A stretch of DNA of 61,813 bases, filler included, from Chthonomonadaceae bacterium (GTDB lineage Bacteria > Armatimonadota > Chthonomonadetes > Chthonomonadales > Chthonomonadaceae), in the NCBI GenBank assembly GCA_035650735.1. It is 3 parts of 3 records of this genome, joined end to end, with 100 filler letters (N's around TTAATTAATTAA, not from the genome) between each part and the next. Parts side by side here need not be neighbours in the genome. Positions count along the whole stretch, not along the records: positions 1 to 23,870 come from DASRGZ010000048.1; 2 more parts are not named here. One strand, given 5' to 3'. Below are positions 10,215-19,597 of the stretch, one piece after another. A program made the position numbers and the translations under genes. The notes beneath the pieces were generated by a model, which searched no databases, was not told where the DNA came from, and saw only the letters and a program-made list of their open reading frames with translations. Numbering within the stretch: the stretch's first letter is position 1; the number at the start of each line of letters is the position of its first letter.

Positions 10215-10703
10215 CTAGGCCGGCTCAAAGAGAGCGGCTAAATTGCCTGTGGTGGCCCAGGCTTTCTCAAAACTGGAGCGTGGAATGCTTTGATTCGGCC
10301 CCTGATAGGGATGAGGATCATGGACGGCAACGTCAGGGTCATCTATCCTCACGACCACAACGGCATGACCGCAATCATAGCTCCAAGAAGGCAGCGGCCC
10401 TGTTTGCAAAAAGACGATGGGCACGCAATTACCGGCCAGGGAAACCGTCAAGTCGGCTAGATCGCAAGGGCCAATGGTCAGGCGGAGAGGGCGTTGGGCG
10501 CGGACGGCCAGCTTCGTCGCCAGGCGGGCCACATTGGCTGCCGGGGTTTCCAGCAGTGGCTTAGTCTCCAAAATCCGCCGCAGCTCTTTTTCTTGCATAC
10601 GGACGCCGTAGTGTTCCAGCATCATCCGCGCGCAGGCAGGCACGCACGAGTAGTCCTTCTCCTGCGGATAGTAGGGTATCACTAGCCTCGCAGACTGCGG
10701 CAA
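10215..10703 (-). CDS. Peptidase C39-like (papain-fold) protein
   Basis: QEKDYSCVPAC (Gln/Cys), GHAVVV (His), VHDP (Asp). Confidence 0.85.
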   Translation of the reverse strand: MPQSARLVIPYYPQEKDYSCVPACARMMLEHYGVRMQEKELRRILETKPLLETPAANVARLATKLAVRAQRPLRLTIGPCDLADLTVSLAGNCVPIVFLQTGPLPSWSYDCGHAVVVVRIDDPDVAVHDPHPYQGPNQSIPRSSFEKAWATTGNLAALFEPA

Positions 10704-10975
10704 TTGGCTCGTATCTCCTTTAGCGTGTTTCTGCTTAGCTTTAGCTCACCCGTCTCGGCATTGACGCGAATCGTGCCGACCTCCATCGGACGATAATCAT
10801 GCATTCGCGAGGTCAGAAGGACAGGCACCATCCAATCCGCTTCGCCCTCAGAATGCACCGGTTCGCCGGCGCGCAACTGGTTGCCGAGCGCCAGAATCAG
10901 AAATTGAGTCACTCTGGTCTGTATGGCGGCGACTTCGTTATTCGGCTGTGGATTCCTTGACCCTTCGGTTGGCAT
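10682..10975 (-). CDS. Small hypothetical protein coupled to the C39-like gene
   Basis: 97 aa, W.VPV....VG.I.VNAETGE pattern; overlaps the start of the peptidase gene. Confidence 0.7.
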   Translation of the reverse strand: MPTEGSRNPQPNNEVAAIQTRVTQFLILALGNQLRAGEPVHSEGEADWMVPVLLTSRMHDYRPMEVGTIRVNAETGELKLSRNTLKEIRANCRSLRG

Positions 10976-10988
10976 TCTGCTCTTCCCT

Positions 10989-12086
10989 TTACAGGCCCAT
11001 TTCCAGGCCCTCCTGTTGCAAGGCCTTTCGGTATTGTTCCGCTTCTCCAGTTACGTCTACGAGCCTTAAATCCGCAAAGTTCACGGAGGCGGCCATTCCC
11101 GGCGGAAGCAAGCTGCCGATCCTGGTATTGCCTCCGAATGCAGGCCCTGACAACTCTTCTAGCCTGTCTTGATACCGCTTCAGAATCTGGGACAGGTAAT
11201 CCTTTTTGATTTTATCTCGCTCCGAAGCCAGGTACTCCGGGTCCGTCTCAAGGAGCGCGTTGCCCTGGCCCCACAGGTTCAACGCCTCGCCTTTGATCTG
11301 ACCTTTGCGCTTCGTCCCGGCTATATACAATTTATCCAGCTTGCTCAGGGCTTCTCGATACCTGTGGCACCAGGTCGCCTGCGAATTGACGCCGCGATGG
11401 GGATCGAGAGAGATACGATAGATCACATAGGTGTAGGGAACAGACTTGCCATCGTAGCGAAGCTGGTCTCCTTCGACCGTCAGTTTCGTATCCTCGATCT
11501 GGTCCAGCCGATCATTATCGTCGGAGGCGGAGATTAAAATCAGCCAGCCGCTGCACAGCGCGTTCCCCGCGCCGGCACTATTAGGAGCCGCCGCGCCGGT
11601 GGCGGGCGCGCCGCCGTTCGCGTCAGGCCCCTGGCTGAGTATCCCGGAATAGGTCGCCTCCAGCCGCTTTGTGGCGGCGTCGCCGCTGAACAACTTCTTG
11701 ACTAGGCGCGTGACGGTTACGATCTCGCCGAGCGCGGCGGGAGCGAGCTGCAAGGGCTTGCGGAACTCGTCGCTGTTAAGCATATCCAGCGCCGCTTGGA
11801 GCCCATCGCTTTGAATCGCGGCTATCTCCGCACGAAGCTCCAGTCCATCCGCATCGGCGGGCAGTTTTACGGCAATATTTCGGCCAATCGGCAGGTGAAA
11901 AGGATGTCCGACTCTAATTCTGCTGGTGTCTTGAATGGTAGCGGCGGTAACGGGATTGTTGCCGTGTTGATGAATCACTTCGGATTTCAAGGTGATCCGG
12001 TCGCTGCCTCCAAAACGCCTTTGCCACCAATTACCGCTTGTGTGGTATTGAGCCGCCTGCAGCACAATGCTGACATAGCCGCTCAT
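10989..12086 (-). CDS. Hypothetical protein (~365 aa)
   Basis: Long ORF; AAGGA RBS precedes MSGYVSIVL at 12086, so the longer track start is probably spurious. Confidence 0.7.
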   Translation of the reverse strand: MSGYVSIVLQAAQYHTSGNWWQRRFGGSDRITLKSEVIHQHGNNPVTAATIQDTSRIRVGHPFHLPIGRNIAVKLPADADGLELRAEIAAIQSDGLQAALDMLNSDEFRKPLQLAPAALGEIVTVTRLVKKLFSGDAATKRLEATYSGILSQGPDANGGAPATGAAAPNSAGAGNALCSGWLILISASDDNDRLDQIEDTKLTVEGDQLRYDGKSVPYTYVIYRISLDPHRGVNSQATWCHRYREALSKLDKLYIAGTKRKGQIKGEALNLWGQGNALLETDPEYLASERDKIKKDYLSQILKRYQDRLEELSGPAFGGNTRIGSLLPPGMAASVNFADLRLVDVTGEAEQYRKALQQEGLEMGL

Positions 12087-12173
12087 TTTCCTTATCTGGT
12101 GGGCCGCCGCGTCATCCGTGCCCGCTGCCGATTTCCAGATTCGTCTTGTGCCTAGCATTCCCAACCTCCAGGT

Positions 12174-12273
12174 CCTCCAGGGAAAGCGTAGCTTACGATG
12201 GGATTCTTGTCGGCCTCGCCTGGAAAGGGTTGTGACCAAAAGCCTCCAGGGAAAGCGTAGCTTACGATGGGAT
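12174..12273. repeat. 31-bp perfect direct repeat flanking a unique 38-bp insert
   Basis: cctccagggaaagcgtagcttacgatgggat at 12174-12204 and 12243-12273. Confidence 0.9.
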
Positions 12274-12434
12274 ACCGTTGCCGAATTCATTTGGGCCATC
12301 TCAACATGAGACTTCACTGTCTGCTTTGAGATAGACGCACAAACTCGAACTCCAACCGATTTTGAATTCAGCAACGGTATCCGATGGTTTTTGAATCATA
12401 ACATAGAGTTCGCCCGCCGTCAAGATTGGCTGAT

Positions 12435-12622
12435 GCGGCAGGCTAAACCCTGCCGCTGTGGGGCGCTGCCAGGGTCGGCGCTGCAATGGTTCGCGCCACT
12501 GCCAGGGTCGGGCCTGCAATGGACTGCCAGGGTCGGCAGGGTTAGGGCCCCTGCCTCCGCCTTGCCACAGCCCTCCGCCTTGCGACACCTAGCGAGGCCC
12601 GCTGCCTGCCTGCGCAGGCAGA
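12435..12622. repeat. REP-like palindrome cluster (CGGCAGGCTAAACCCTGCCG family) holding three nested micro-elements at 12465-12595
   Basis: Same arms recur at 14713, 30136 and 36955; three left ends and three right ends in nested order. Confidence 0.85.
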
Positions 12623-12681
12623 AGACCCGGTAAGAATATCAAAGGTTATTAGCCGCTCTATGGGATTTGAAGGAGCAAAGC

Positions 12682-14706
12682 ATGGGCCGTTCCCTCCTCG
12701 ACAGAGTAAGCCAGGTCGCGCTGTTGTGCGCGCTGATGCTGGGCATCCTGGGGCCGCTCCGGGCGCAGAGCGCCGAGGAGCCGCCGAATTCGCTGATGAT
12801 GAAGACCGACCTGCTGGTTGTGACGGCGCACCCGGACGACGAGGGCATGATGGCGGCGACGATGGCCCGCTATGCCGATCAGGGCAAGGTCGTTTCGCTG
12901 GTTACCTGCACGCACGGCGAGGGCGGCGGCAACGGCACGGGCAAGGAGTATGGGGTTTCGCTGGGCATCATCCGCGAGGCGGAGCTGCGCCGCTGCCTGG
13001 GGATGCTGGGCGTGAAGTACCTCTACTTCCTCAACCAGCCGGACTGGGCCTATACCGAGAGCGTGCAGGCGACGCTGGCCCGCTGGGGCCATGATGAATC
13101 GCTCAAGCGGCTGGTGCGCCTGGTCCGCATTCTGCGCCCGGAAGTCGTCTGTACGATGGACCCGGCGCCGGTCGGGGGACAGCACGGGCACCATCAGGCG
13201 GCGGGACGCCTGGCGACGGAAGCGTTTGAGGCGGCGGCCAACCCGCAAGCCTTCCCGGAACTCATCCATGAGGAGGGGCTTTCTCCCTGGCGTATCCGCA
13301 AGCTCTACTGGGTCACTTACGGCGAGAGCGCCTCCCTCAAGCTCCCGACCGACGGCGTGGCGCAGGGAGCGCTGGCCAGCGCCTCTCCTGGCAAGACCTA
13401 TGCGCAGATCGCCCTGGACGCTGAAAGCAGTCACCGCAGCCAGGGCTTCGATAAGTTTCTGGCCATGATGGCGCAGCCCGGCCAGCGCCCGCCCACGCGG
13501 CCTGAGAGCTTCCTGCTGGTCAAGTCGCGCGTGCCCGTCAACCCGGCAGCCGAGAAAGACCTGTTCGACGGCATCGCGGGCGCGAACGTGGAGAGCCAGG
13601 AGGCGCAGCACGATATTCTGGCCGCCTCCCTGACGCCGGCAAACGCGGGGCCATCCTCTGCGCCGCCCGTCGAGGCACGGATTCAGCCGAGCCAGCCCGT
13701 CCGCAACTACCGCGATTGGCTTGCCGCCAACGGCATCGCCCGGCTGATGGCCCGCCTGCCCGCGCACGTTCCGGTCACGCAGGGCGCCGCTTCACCCGTC
13801 GTCGTGGAGGTCATCAACCACACGGATACCGCTCAGGCGGGCCAGGTCGCGCTCCAGGCGCCCGCAGGCTGGAACGTGGACGCCGCCACAAAGCCCTATC
13901 AGGTGGGGCCGCACGGCACGGCAGCTATCCCCTTCCGCATCGCCGTTCCTGCCGACGCCAAAACGCAGAGCTACGACGTGATCGCCCGCATCGCCGGCGC
14001 GTCGGAGACCGCTGGCGATATCGGCCAGCTTGACTCGCTGCCGCAACTGGTCGTTGCGAAGTTGGGGCATTCTCTGCCGGTAGATGCCGATGTGACCAAG
14101 TGGGAGCGGGCGGGCGTGCAGCCGATGGCTATCCCGCCGACCAACCTGGTCCAGGGCGAGGTCAAAGGGCCGCAGGAATGCAGTGGGCGCTTCTTTGTCG
14201 GCTATACGCCGGAGGGGCTTCAGGTGCTGGTAGACGTGACGGATAACACTGTCGTTGCCAACATCGCTCCTGACGATATTCGCGGCCACTGGCGCACCAC
14301 CAGTACCGAAATCTGCATTGACCCGACCCCGCGCTCCGAGAACACCTTCGGCGCTTTCAAGCTCGGCATCTTCCCGCAGGACATTACCGGCCACGTCCGC
14401 GCCGCCCGCGACGCCGACGCCAACCCCGGCCCGGTGGAGGAAAAGGACCCCGGCATTCAACTTGCCTCCCAAAGGACCCCGACCGGCTATATCGTGGAGG
14501 CTCGCATTCCCTGGACGTCGCTGGGCAGCAGGCCAGCCTTCCACCCCCATTCGGGCCGTCCTCTGGGCTTTAACGTGATTCTCTACCATGCGGGGAAGAA
14601 GGAGGCGCGCGTCGGGGAGGACGTGGGCAAATCGCGCCTGGCCTGGTCGTTCTGGCCGGGCGTGCCGGGCCGGCCCATCGTCTGGGGCACCGCCATTTTG
14701 CAATAA
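12682..14706 (+). CDS. Exported PIG-L family deacetylase with NEW3/Ig-like and CBM9-like domains
   Basis: Signal peptide; AHPDDE, T.GEGG, REAEL, HGHH; APAGW-type domain; C-terminal GY.VEARIPW and LGFNV sugar-binding motifs. Confidence 0.88.
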   Translation: MGRSLLDRVSQVALLCALMLGILGPLRAQSAEEPPNSLMMKTDLLVVTAHPDDEGMMAATMARYADQGKVVSLVTCTHGEGGGNGTGKEYGVSLGIIREAELRRCLGMLGVKYLYFLNQPDWAYTESVQATLARWGHDESLKRLVRLVRILRPEVVCTMDPAPVGGQHGHHQAAGRLATEAFEAAANPQAFPELIHEEGLSPWRIRKLYWVTYGESASLKLPTDGVAQGALASASPGKTYAQIALDAESSHRSQGFDKFLAMMAQPGQRPPTRPESFLLVKSRVPVNPAAEKDLFDGIAGANVESQEAQHDILAASLTPANAGPSSAPPVEARIQPSQPVRNYRDWLAANGIARLMARLPAHVPVTQGAASPVVVEVINHTDTAQAGQVALQAPAGWNVDAATKPYQVGPHGTAAIPFRIAVPADAKTQSYDVIARIAGASETAGDIGQLDSLPQLVVAKLGHSLPVDADVTKWERAGVQPMAIPPTNLVQGEVKGPQECSGRFFVGYTPEGLQVLVDVTDNTVVANIAPDDIRGHWRTTSTEICIDPTPRSENTFGAFKLGIFPQDITGHVRAARDADANPGPVEEKDPGIQLASQRTPTGYIVEARIPWTSLGSRPAFHPHSGRPLGFNVILYHAGKKEARVGEDVGKSRLAWSFWPGVPGRPIVWGTAILQ

Positions 14707-14712
14707 CTCGCC

Positions 14713-14970
14713 CGGCAGGCTAAACCCTGCCGCTAGGGGGCGCACAGCGCCCGTCGCCCACCTACGTGGGCGAAACGTTCTGCCTGCGCAGGCAGGCAGC
14801 GGGCCTCGCTAGGTGTCGCAAGGCGGAGGCAGGGGCCGTAACCCTGCCGACCCTGGCAGTCCATTGCAGGCCCGCCCCTGGCAGCCTCAGCAGGCCTCGC
14901 TAGGCGGAGGCGCAAACCATTGCAGCGCCGCCCCTTGCAGCGCCCCACAGCGGCAGGGTTTAGCCTGCCG
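14713..14970. repeat. REP-like cluster with inverted CGGCAGGCTAAACCCTGCCG ends and micro-elements at 14806-14940
   Basis: Terminal inverted palindromes; internal gcccacctacgtgggc and ctgcctgcgcaggcag hairpins. Confidence 0.85.
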
Positions 14971-14997
14971 CATTAACCAGAGAGGAGAAGCTTGAAC

Positions 14998-15846
14998 ATG
15001 CCGAAACGGTATATTCTGTGCATCGGGGCGCACCCCGACGATAACGAACTGAGCGTGGGCGGCACGGCGGCGAAGCTGCGGGCGCGCGGCGACGAGGTAC
15101 GGTTCGTCTCCGTGACCAACGGCGACAAGGGACATTTCTATGAGGAGTACAAGGCCGACCCCTCGAAGCTGGCAGCGCGCCGCCAGCAGGAGGCGCAGAA
15201 CGCGGCGGCGGTCATCGGGGCCAGCTATCAGACGCTCGGCGTGCACGATGGCGAAGTCTACGTGGACCTGCCGACCACCGAGGCGATGGTCCGCTGCATC
15301 CGCTCCTTCGGCGAGCCGGGCAAAGGGCCGGATCTGGTGCTGCTCAACCGTCCGGTGGACTATCACCGCGACCACCGCTATACCGCCCAGCTCGTCCTGG
15401 ACGCGACCTATATGCTGACCGTGCCGCTGATGTGCCCCGACACGCGCCACCTCGACCGGATGCCCGTCTTCGCCTACTGGTACGACGATTTCCGCGACCT
15501 CGTCCCCTTCCGCGCCGACATTGCCGTTCCCATTGATGATGTAATAGAGCAGAAGATTGACATGGCCTGCGCGCATGTCTCGCAGGTGTTCGAGTGGCTG
15601 CCCTACAACGCCGGAAGGCTCGATCAAGTTCCGCCGGAAAGCGACCGGTCAGGCCGTCGTGAGATGATCGCCAAAAACGTCCGGACGCGCGGAGAGCACC
15701 GCCGCAACCAGGTGAGCCAGACGCTGGCGGAGTGGTTTGGCTCGATTGATGCCCGCTACGCCGAAGCCTTCCAGATTTGCGAGTACGGGCGCATTCCCGA
15801 CAGAGGCGAACTGCGCGAACTCTTCCCTATGACCTGGATAGCCTGA
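14998..15846 (+). CDS. PIG-L family deacetylase
   Basis: GAHPDD, VTNGDKG, RRQQEA, YHRDH motifs. Confidence 0.9.
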   Translation: MPKRYILCIGAHPDDNELSVGGTAAKLRARGDEVRFVSVTNGDKGHFYEEYKADPSKLAARRQQEAQNAAAVIGASYQTLGVHDGEVYVDLPTTEAMVRCIRSFGEPGKGPDLVLLNRPVDYHRDHRYTAQLVLDATYMLTVPLMCPDTRHLDRMPVFAYWYDDFRDLVPFRADIAVPIDDVIEQKIDMACAHVSQVFEWLPYNAGRLDQVPPESDRSGRREMIAKNVRTRGEHRRNQVSQTLAEWFGSIDARYAEAFQICEYGRIPDRGELRELFPMTWIA

Positions 15847-15902
15847 CAACTCCCCTACGGAGCGCCGGGCATTGAAAATACCTGGCTCAGGGCAGATAGA
15901 TC

Positions 15903-16220
15903 CCACCCCCGGCCCCTCTCCTTCGCAAGGAGGGGGGAGCGGCCCCCACCCCCTGTCCCACTGCCAGGGTCGGCGCTCAACGGTTCGCGCCTCCGCCTGG
16001 CGATCCCCAAGAACAGGGACGGGGGGACCCGGCTTCTCATCGCCCCTCTCCTTGTGAAGGAGAGGGGATTAGGGGGTGAGGTCTGTTTCCCCCTCTCCCG
16101 CAGCGTGGCTCGCCAGGCGGAGGGCTGTGGCCAGGTGTGGCTAGGCGGAGGCACGGGCCTCGCAAGGCAGAGGGCCCAACCATGGCAGACCCGACCCTGG
16201 CAGTAGGCCGGGGTGAGGTC
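15903..16220. repeat. Cluster of CCCCTCTCC..GGAGAGGGG palindromes with micro-elements at 15960-16005 and 16110-16204
   Basis: Same palindrome family also at ~3297, ~36905, ~56643 and ~59578; lies between convergent genes. Confidence 0.8.
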
Positions 16221-16261
16221 AGCGTCCGCCAGGACGCTTGGCCGTAGGTCACATAGACGGG

Positions 16262-17980
16262 TCATTCATGGCCCGTCTGTCTGGAAGCGGACTGCCTAGC
16301 TTTGCCTCCGCCCCAGGCTTTCTGTGCCCATACGTCCATGGCATCGTACTTGTCCTCCCAGGTCGTGTACATTGCGCCCACGATGCCGGGAATGCCTCTG
16401 GTGTTGCGAAGCCACTGGGCAATGGCGGAGCCGTCTTCATCGCCATCATAGTAACCGGAAAGGATCTGCCTGAGTCCTCGGTCGGCGAAGAACCGGCAGT
16501 TCTTGCCCATCAGGCTGCCATACCAGTTGACGATGCCGATGCCCTTATCCAACCCCTTCCAGGAGCCTTTGAGGGAGCCGTTCACCGCGTAATAATGATC
16601 TACCGCGTTATGGTAGGGGTCAAACATATCGCTCCAGACCCATATCTCCGCATCCGGGCGAATCTTGCGGATGATCTGAGCCGCCTTGTGGACGTTCCAG
16701 GCCAGCAGTTGGCCGGGCGTCATGTGCTTGCTCTGGCAGAGAGCGCACTGGTTGATCACCCGCAGCTCGTCGTGGGACATGAAGAAGGCCGCCGGGTGGA
16801 GCAGCGCGTTGGCCCGCCGGACCTCTTCCTCCCAGTCGGCGAAAATTTTCGGCTCGCTCAGGCAGCTTGTCACCCGATCCTCGTAGATGATGAGGGGATG
16901 ATAGTAGCTCACCCGCAGCCGCTCGCCCTCGGCAATGCGCGTGTTGGCGGTCAGCTTGATGGCCGGCGGCGTGTGATAGGCGTGCCACGGGTGCAGTTGG
17001 GGATCGATGATCGGCTCGTAGTCGCGCCCTTCCTGGTAGGTCGTGCCGTTCTCCCCGCGCACCGTGACCGGACACCCAGGCCGGCGCAGCACGTTGACCA
17101 AGCCGATCTCCTCGACGTTGAGATCGTCCCACCACAGCTTCCCTTCCTTGCCGGACCAGGAGCCGAGGTAGAGCATGGCGTCGGTATGGTCGAGGCTGTT
17201 GAAAACCAGGTCGTAGTGCGTCCAGTCCTGCGTCCGCTCGGTGTGGAAGGTCTGGAAGCTGATGCCATTCTGCGAGTCGGCGGTGAGCACCTTGACTTCG
17301 GGCTCGACTCCGGCGAGGTTTTCGGATTTGACCCAGAAAGAGATGCGGTACTGGCGATACGGCTGAAGCTTGAGAGGCTGGGCAAGACGGCAGTGCTGAT
17401 ACTGGTTTTTCCCGATGTTCTCCATGCGCAGCGAAGTCTTACCGCTATGGGTAACCTCGTGATCGGCGAAGGTGGTTACGCCCTCATCATCCTGGAGCGA
17501 CCAGCCGTTGAAGTGGTTGCCGGTCACGTTCTCAAAATCGCCGTTGATCACCCGGGTCGGGTTATCAGGCTGGAAGGTGGCCGTTCCGTCGTGGGCGACA
17601 AACAGGGCATCCCTGGAGAGCACGCCCTCGACGTAGTTGCGATCATGGGCGCCGCCCATGACGATGACGATCAGATCGAGGCCGTATTTGCGCGCGGCCT
17701 GCCGCAGTTGGGCCGCTTTGGACGCCGCAATGTTGTACGAGAAGGCGACCCCATTGTACCCGTCCGCCTTTGCGCGGGGAAAGCGGGCGATCATGCGATC
17801 TACTTCCTTTGGATCGCTCATATCCCGCCACACGAAGAGCCAACGCTTTTGCAGGCCCGGCTGCGACCTGGCGGCGGTCGGCCTGGAAGTCGGTTTCGGC
17901 GCGGCCCATGCGCCGCCGAAGAGGAGTGCGCTCATAAGCAAGACAAGCAGCCCCTTGAGCGCGGTACGTAGAGGAATCAT
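16262..17980 (-). CDS. Exported glycoside hydrolase (GH20-like TIM barrel with inserted CBM4/9-like domain)
   Basis: Signal peptide; NGDFE..GW and YRISFWVK CBM motifs; FMSHDE catalytic-like pair; WSDM; GAMYTTW. Confidence 0.75.
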   Translation of the reverse strand: MIPLRTALKGLLVLLMSALLFGGAWAAPKPTSRPTAARSQPGLQKRWLFVWRDMSDPKEVDRMIARFPRAKADGYNGVAFSYNIAASKAAQLRQAARKYGLDLIVIVMGGAHDRNYVEGVLSRDALFVAHDGTATFQPDNPTRVINGDFENVTGNHFNGWSLQDDEGVTTFADHEVTHSGKTSLRMENIGKNQYQHCRLAQPLKLQPYRQYRISFWVKSENLAGVEPEVKVLTADSQNGISFQTFHTERTQDWTHYDLVFNSLDHTDAMLYLGSWSGKEGKLWWDDLNVEEIGLVNVLRRPGCPVTVRGENGTTYQEGRDYEPIIDPQLHPWHAYHTPPAIKLTANTRIAEGERLRVSYYHPLIIYEDRVTSCLSEPKIFADWEEEVRRANALLHPAAFFMSHDELRVINQCALCQSKHMTPGQLLAWNVHKAAQIIRKIRPDAEIWVWSDMFDPYHNAVDHYYAVNGSLKGSWKGLDKGIGIVNWYGSLMGKNCRFFADRGLRQILSGYYDGDEDGSAIAQWLRNTRGIPGIVGAMYTTWEDKYDAMDVWAQKAWGGGKARQSASRQTGHE

Positions 17981-18246
17981 GCCGTACCTACCTGAAGGTG
18001 GAATTGGCACGGAGAGGCCCGTGCCTGTAGCCTGAAGGCCGGTTTGCTGATTCCGCACTACTTCTCCAGACTCCTGCCTGAAGGAGATAATTCTGAAGCT
18101 GCAAATCGCTCTTAGCCGCTGCTGCCGGAGGGGGTGCTATGGCTCAGCACCAGGAATTCAGTGTGAGCCACATCACGGCTCAGCGCCGTATTCTCTATCG
18201 AAAGGGGCTGTCCGACAGCGCGGCCCGTCCTTCCTGGAGGTCAACT

Positions 18247-18522
18247 ATGAGCCAGCGGATGCACATTCGCGTTCGGGGCCGGGTACAGGGGGTTTCCTTT
18301 CGGGCCTACACGCAGCAGGTGGCCGCTTCCCTGGGCGTGCGGGGCTATGTCCGCAACCTGGCCAACGGGGATGTGGAGATAGTTGCCGAGGGAGAAACCC
18401 AACAACTTGAACGACTGCTTGCATGGGCACGCCGGGGACCGCCCGCCGCCGAGGTAGAGGAAGTCCAGGTGGAACGGAGCGAGCCGACCAACGCCTTCCG
18501 GGACTTCGCCATCCGCTACTGA
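18247..18522 (+). CDS. acyP: Acylphosphatase
   Basis: VRGRVQGVSFR, GYVRNLANGDVE, GPPAA signatures; GGAGG RBS. Confidence 0.95.
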   Translation: MSQRMHIRVRGRVQGVSFRAYTQQVAASLGVRGYVRNLANGDVEIVAEGETQQLERLLAWARRGPPAAEVEEVQVERSEPTNAFRDFAIRY

Positions 18523-18694
18523 GCGCGCGGAAATTCTCTGTTTGCTCCGGTCTGGGGGCTGGCAGCAGAGATCCAGGTGGCGGCTTGAGGAAGCGCAAAC
18601 GCCCGCTGTGAACGCCATTGGGCACTCTACAGCGGGCGTTCGGTTCAGAGCAACGGCCCGTGCGAGACTCTACCTGGCAAGGCCCGCGCCTCGC

Positions 18695-19261
18695 TCAGTG
18701 AGACCAGACCGATGCCTTCATGGTCCACAGGCTGTGCGGGTACTTCTGGCTGAGCTCTGTGGCGACCTGGCCCAGTACCGTGTGGTCACTTGTTGCCTTG
18801 TAGTGGCTGACGCCCCGCCAGTAGATCGCCTCTGGGACGCAGAGCGCATCCGAGTAGCGTTGGACTATCTCCGCGTACCGTCGCTCCGCCTCGTCCCACT
18901 GCTTGGCCATAAACGCCACGCGCGCCAGGCCCATTTCCAGTTCGGCCCGGAACGCCTGCCTGGGCAGGTAGCCCTCGATCCGCCTCCTTTCCACGCCTTT
19001 CGGGTCCATGACGAGCACGGTCGGCGTCCAGTTCACATCGAAGCGATGGAAGAGAGCCGGGTGCTCCTTGATGTTGACGGTGAAGGGAACAAAGTTCTCG
19101 TTGATAAAATTCGCTGTCGCCTCGTCGCCATAGGATTCGGCTTCCAGCCGAACGCATCCGCCTCAGGCGGGAGCGGCGCTGAAGTCCAGGAGAACGGACT
19201 TGTTGCCCGACCTGGCCTCGGCAAGCGCCTCATCCACATTTTGCCTCCATTGCACTGCCAT
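18695..19261 (-). CDS. Thioredoxin-fold + TPR selenoprotein (UxxC), 188 aa
   Basis: AAGGAGG RBS; MAVQW...LLDFSAAPA-TGA(19165-19163)-GGC reads in frame into WTPT and a TPR-like C-terminus; SECIS-like hairpin directly 3' of the UGA. Confidence 0.88.
19133..19162 (-). promoter_or_regulatory. Bacterial SECIS element
   Basis: After UGA: ggc-gga-tgcg-ttcggct-GGA-agccgaa-tcc; the G-starting apical loop is 17 nt from the UGA. Confidence 0.75.
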
Positions 19262-19597
19262 TGTCGTGATCCTCCTTGTGTCGGCTAAGTGTTCGGTTAG
19301 AGTTCACAATGGATGGTTGCTCCTAAAAGATACGGGGCCTTATTCGAAGCGTTCCCATGGATGGCCCACTCTGGCAATCTAGCTATGGACGACGTTGCTT
19401 TGGGCCACATTGCTCCATAGGCAGGCTTGATTGATGACTCTGAGAGAATTCTAAGATGGCTATAATGACTTTCTGTGATAGATTCATTCTGATTGATTTG
19501 CTACTTCAGAGACAGAATGCAAAAGAGCAAAGCAAGCGAAGTGAACCTTTAGGGCCTGGAGGCGTACCGGACCGATCCCAAACTACAGGAGGATGCC

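Noticed and set aside
12174..12273. Bona fide CRISPR array
   Set aside because: Only two repeats, no cas genes, no leader and non-canonical ends; kept as a duplication scar instead.
12087..12374. N-terminal extension with a repeated SHRKLRFPWR peptide
   Set aside because: It results from the DNA duplication; a better RBS and start lie at 12086.
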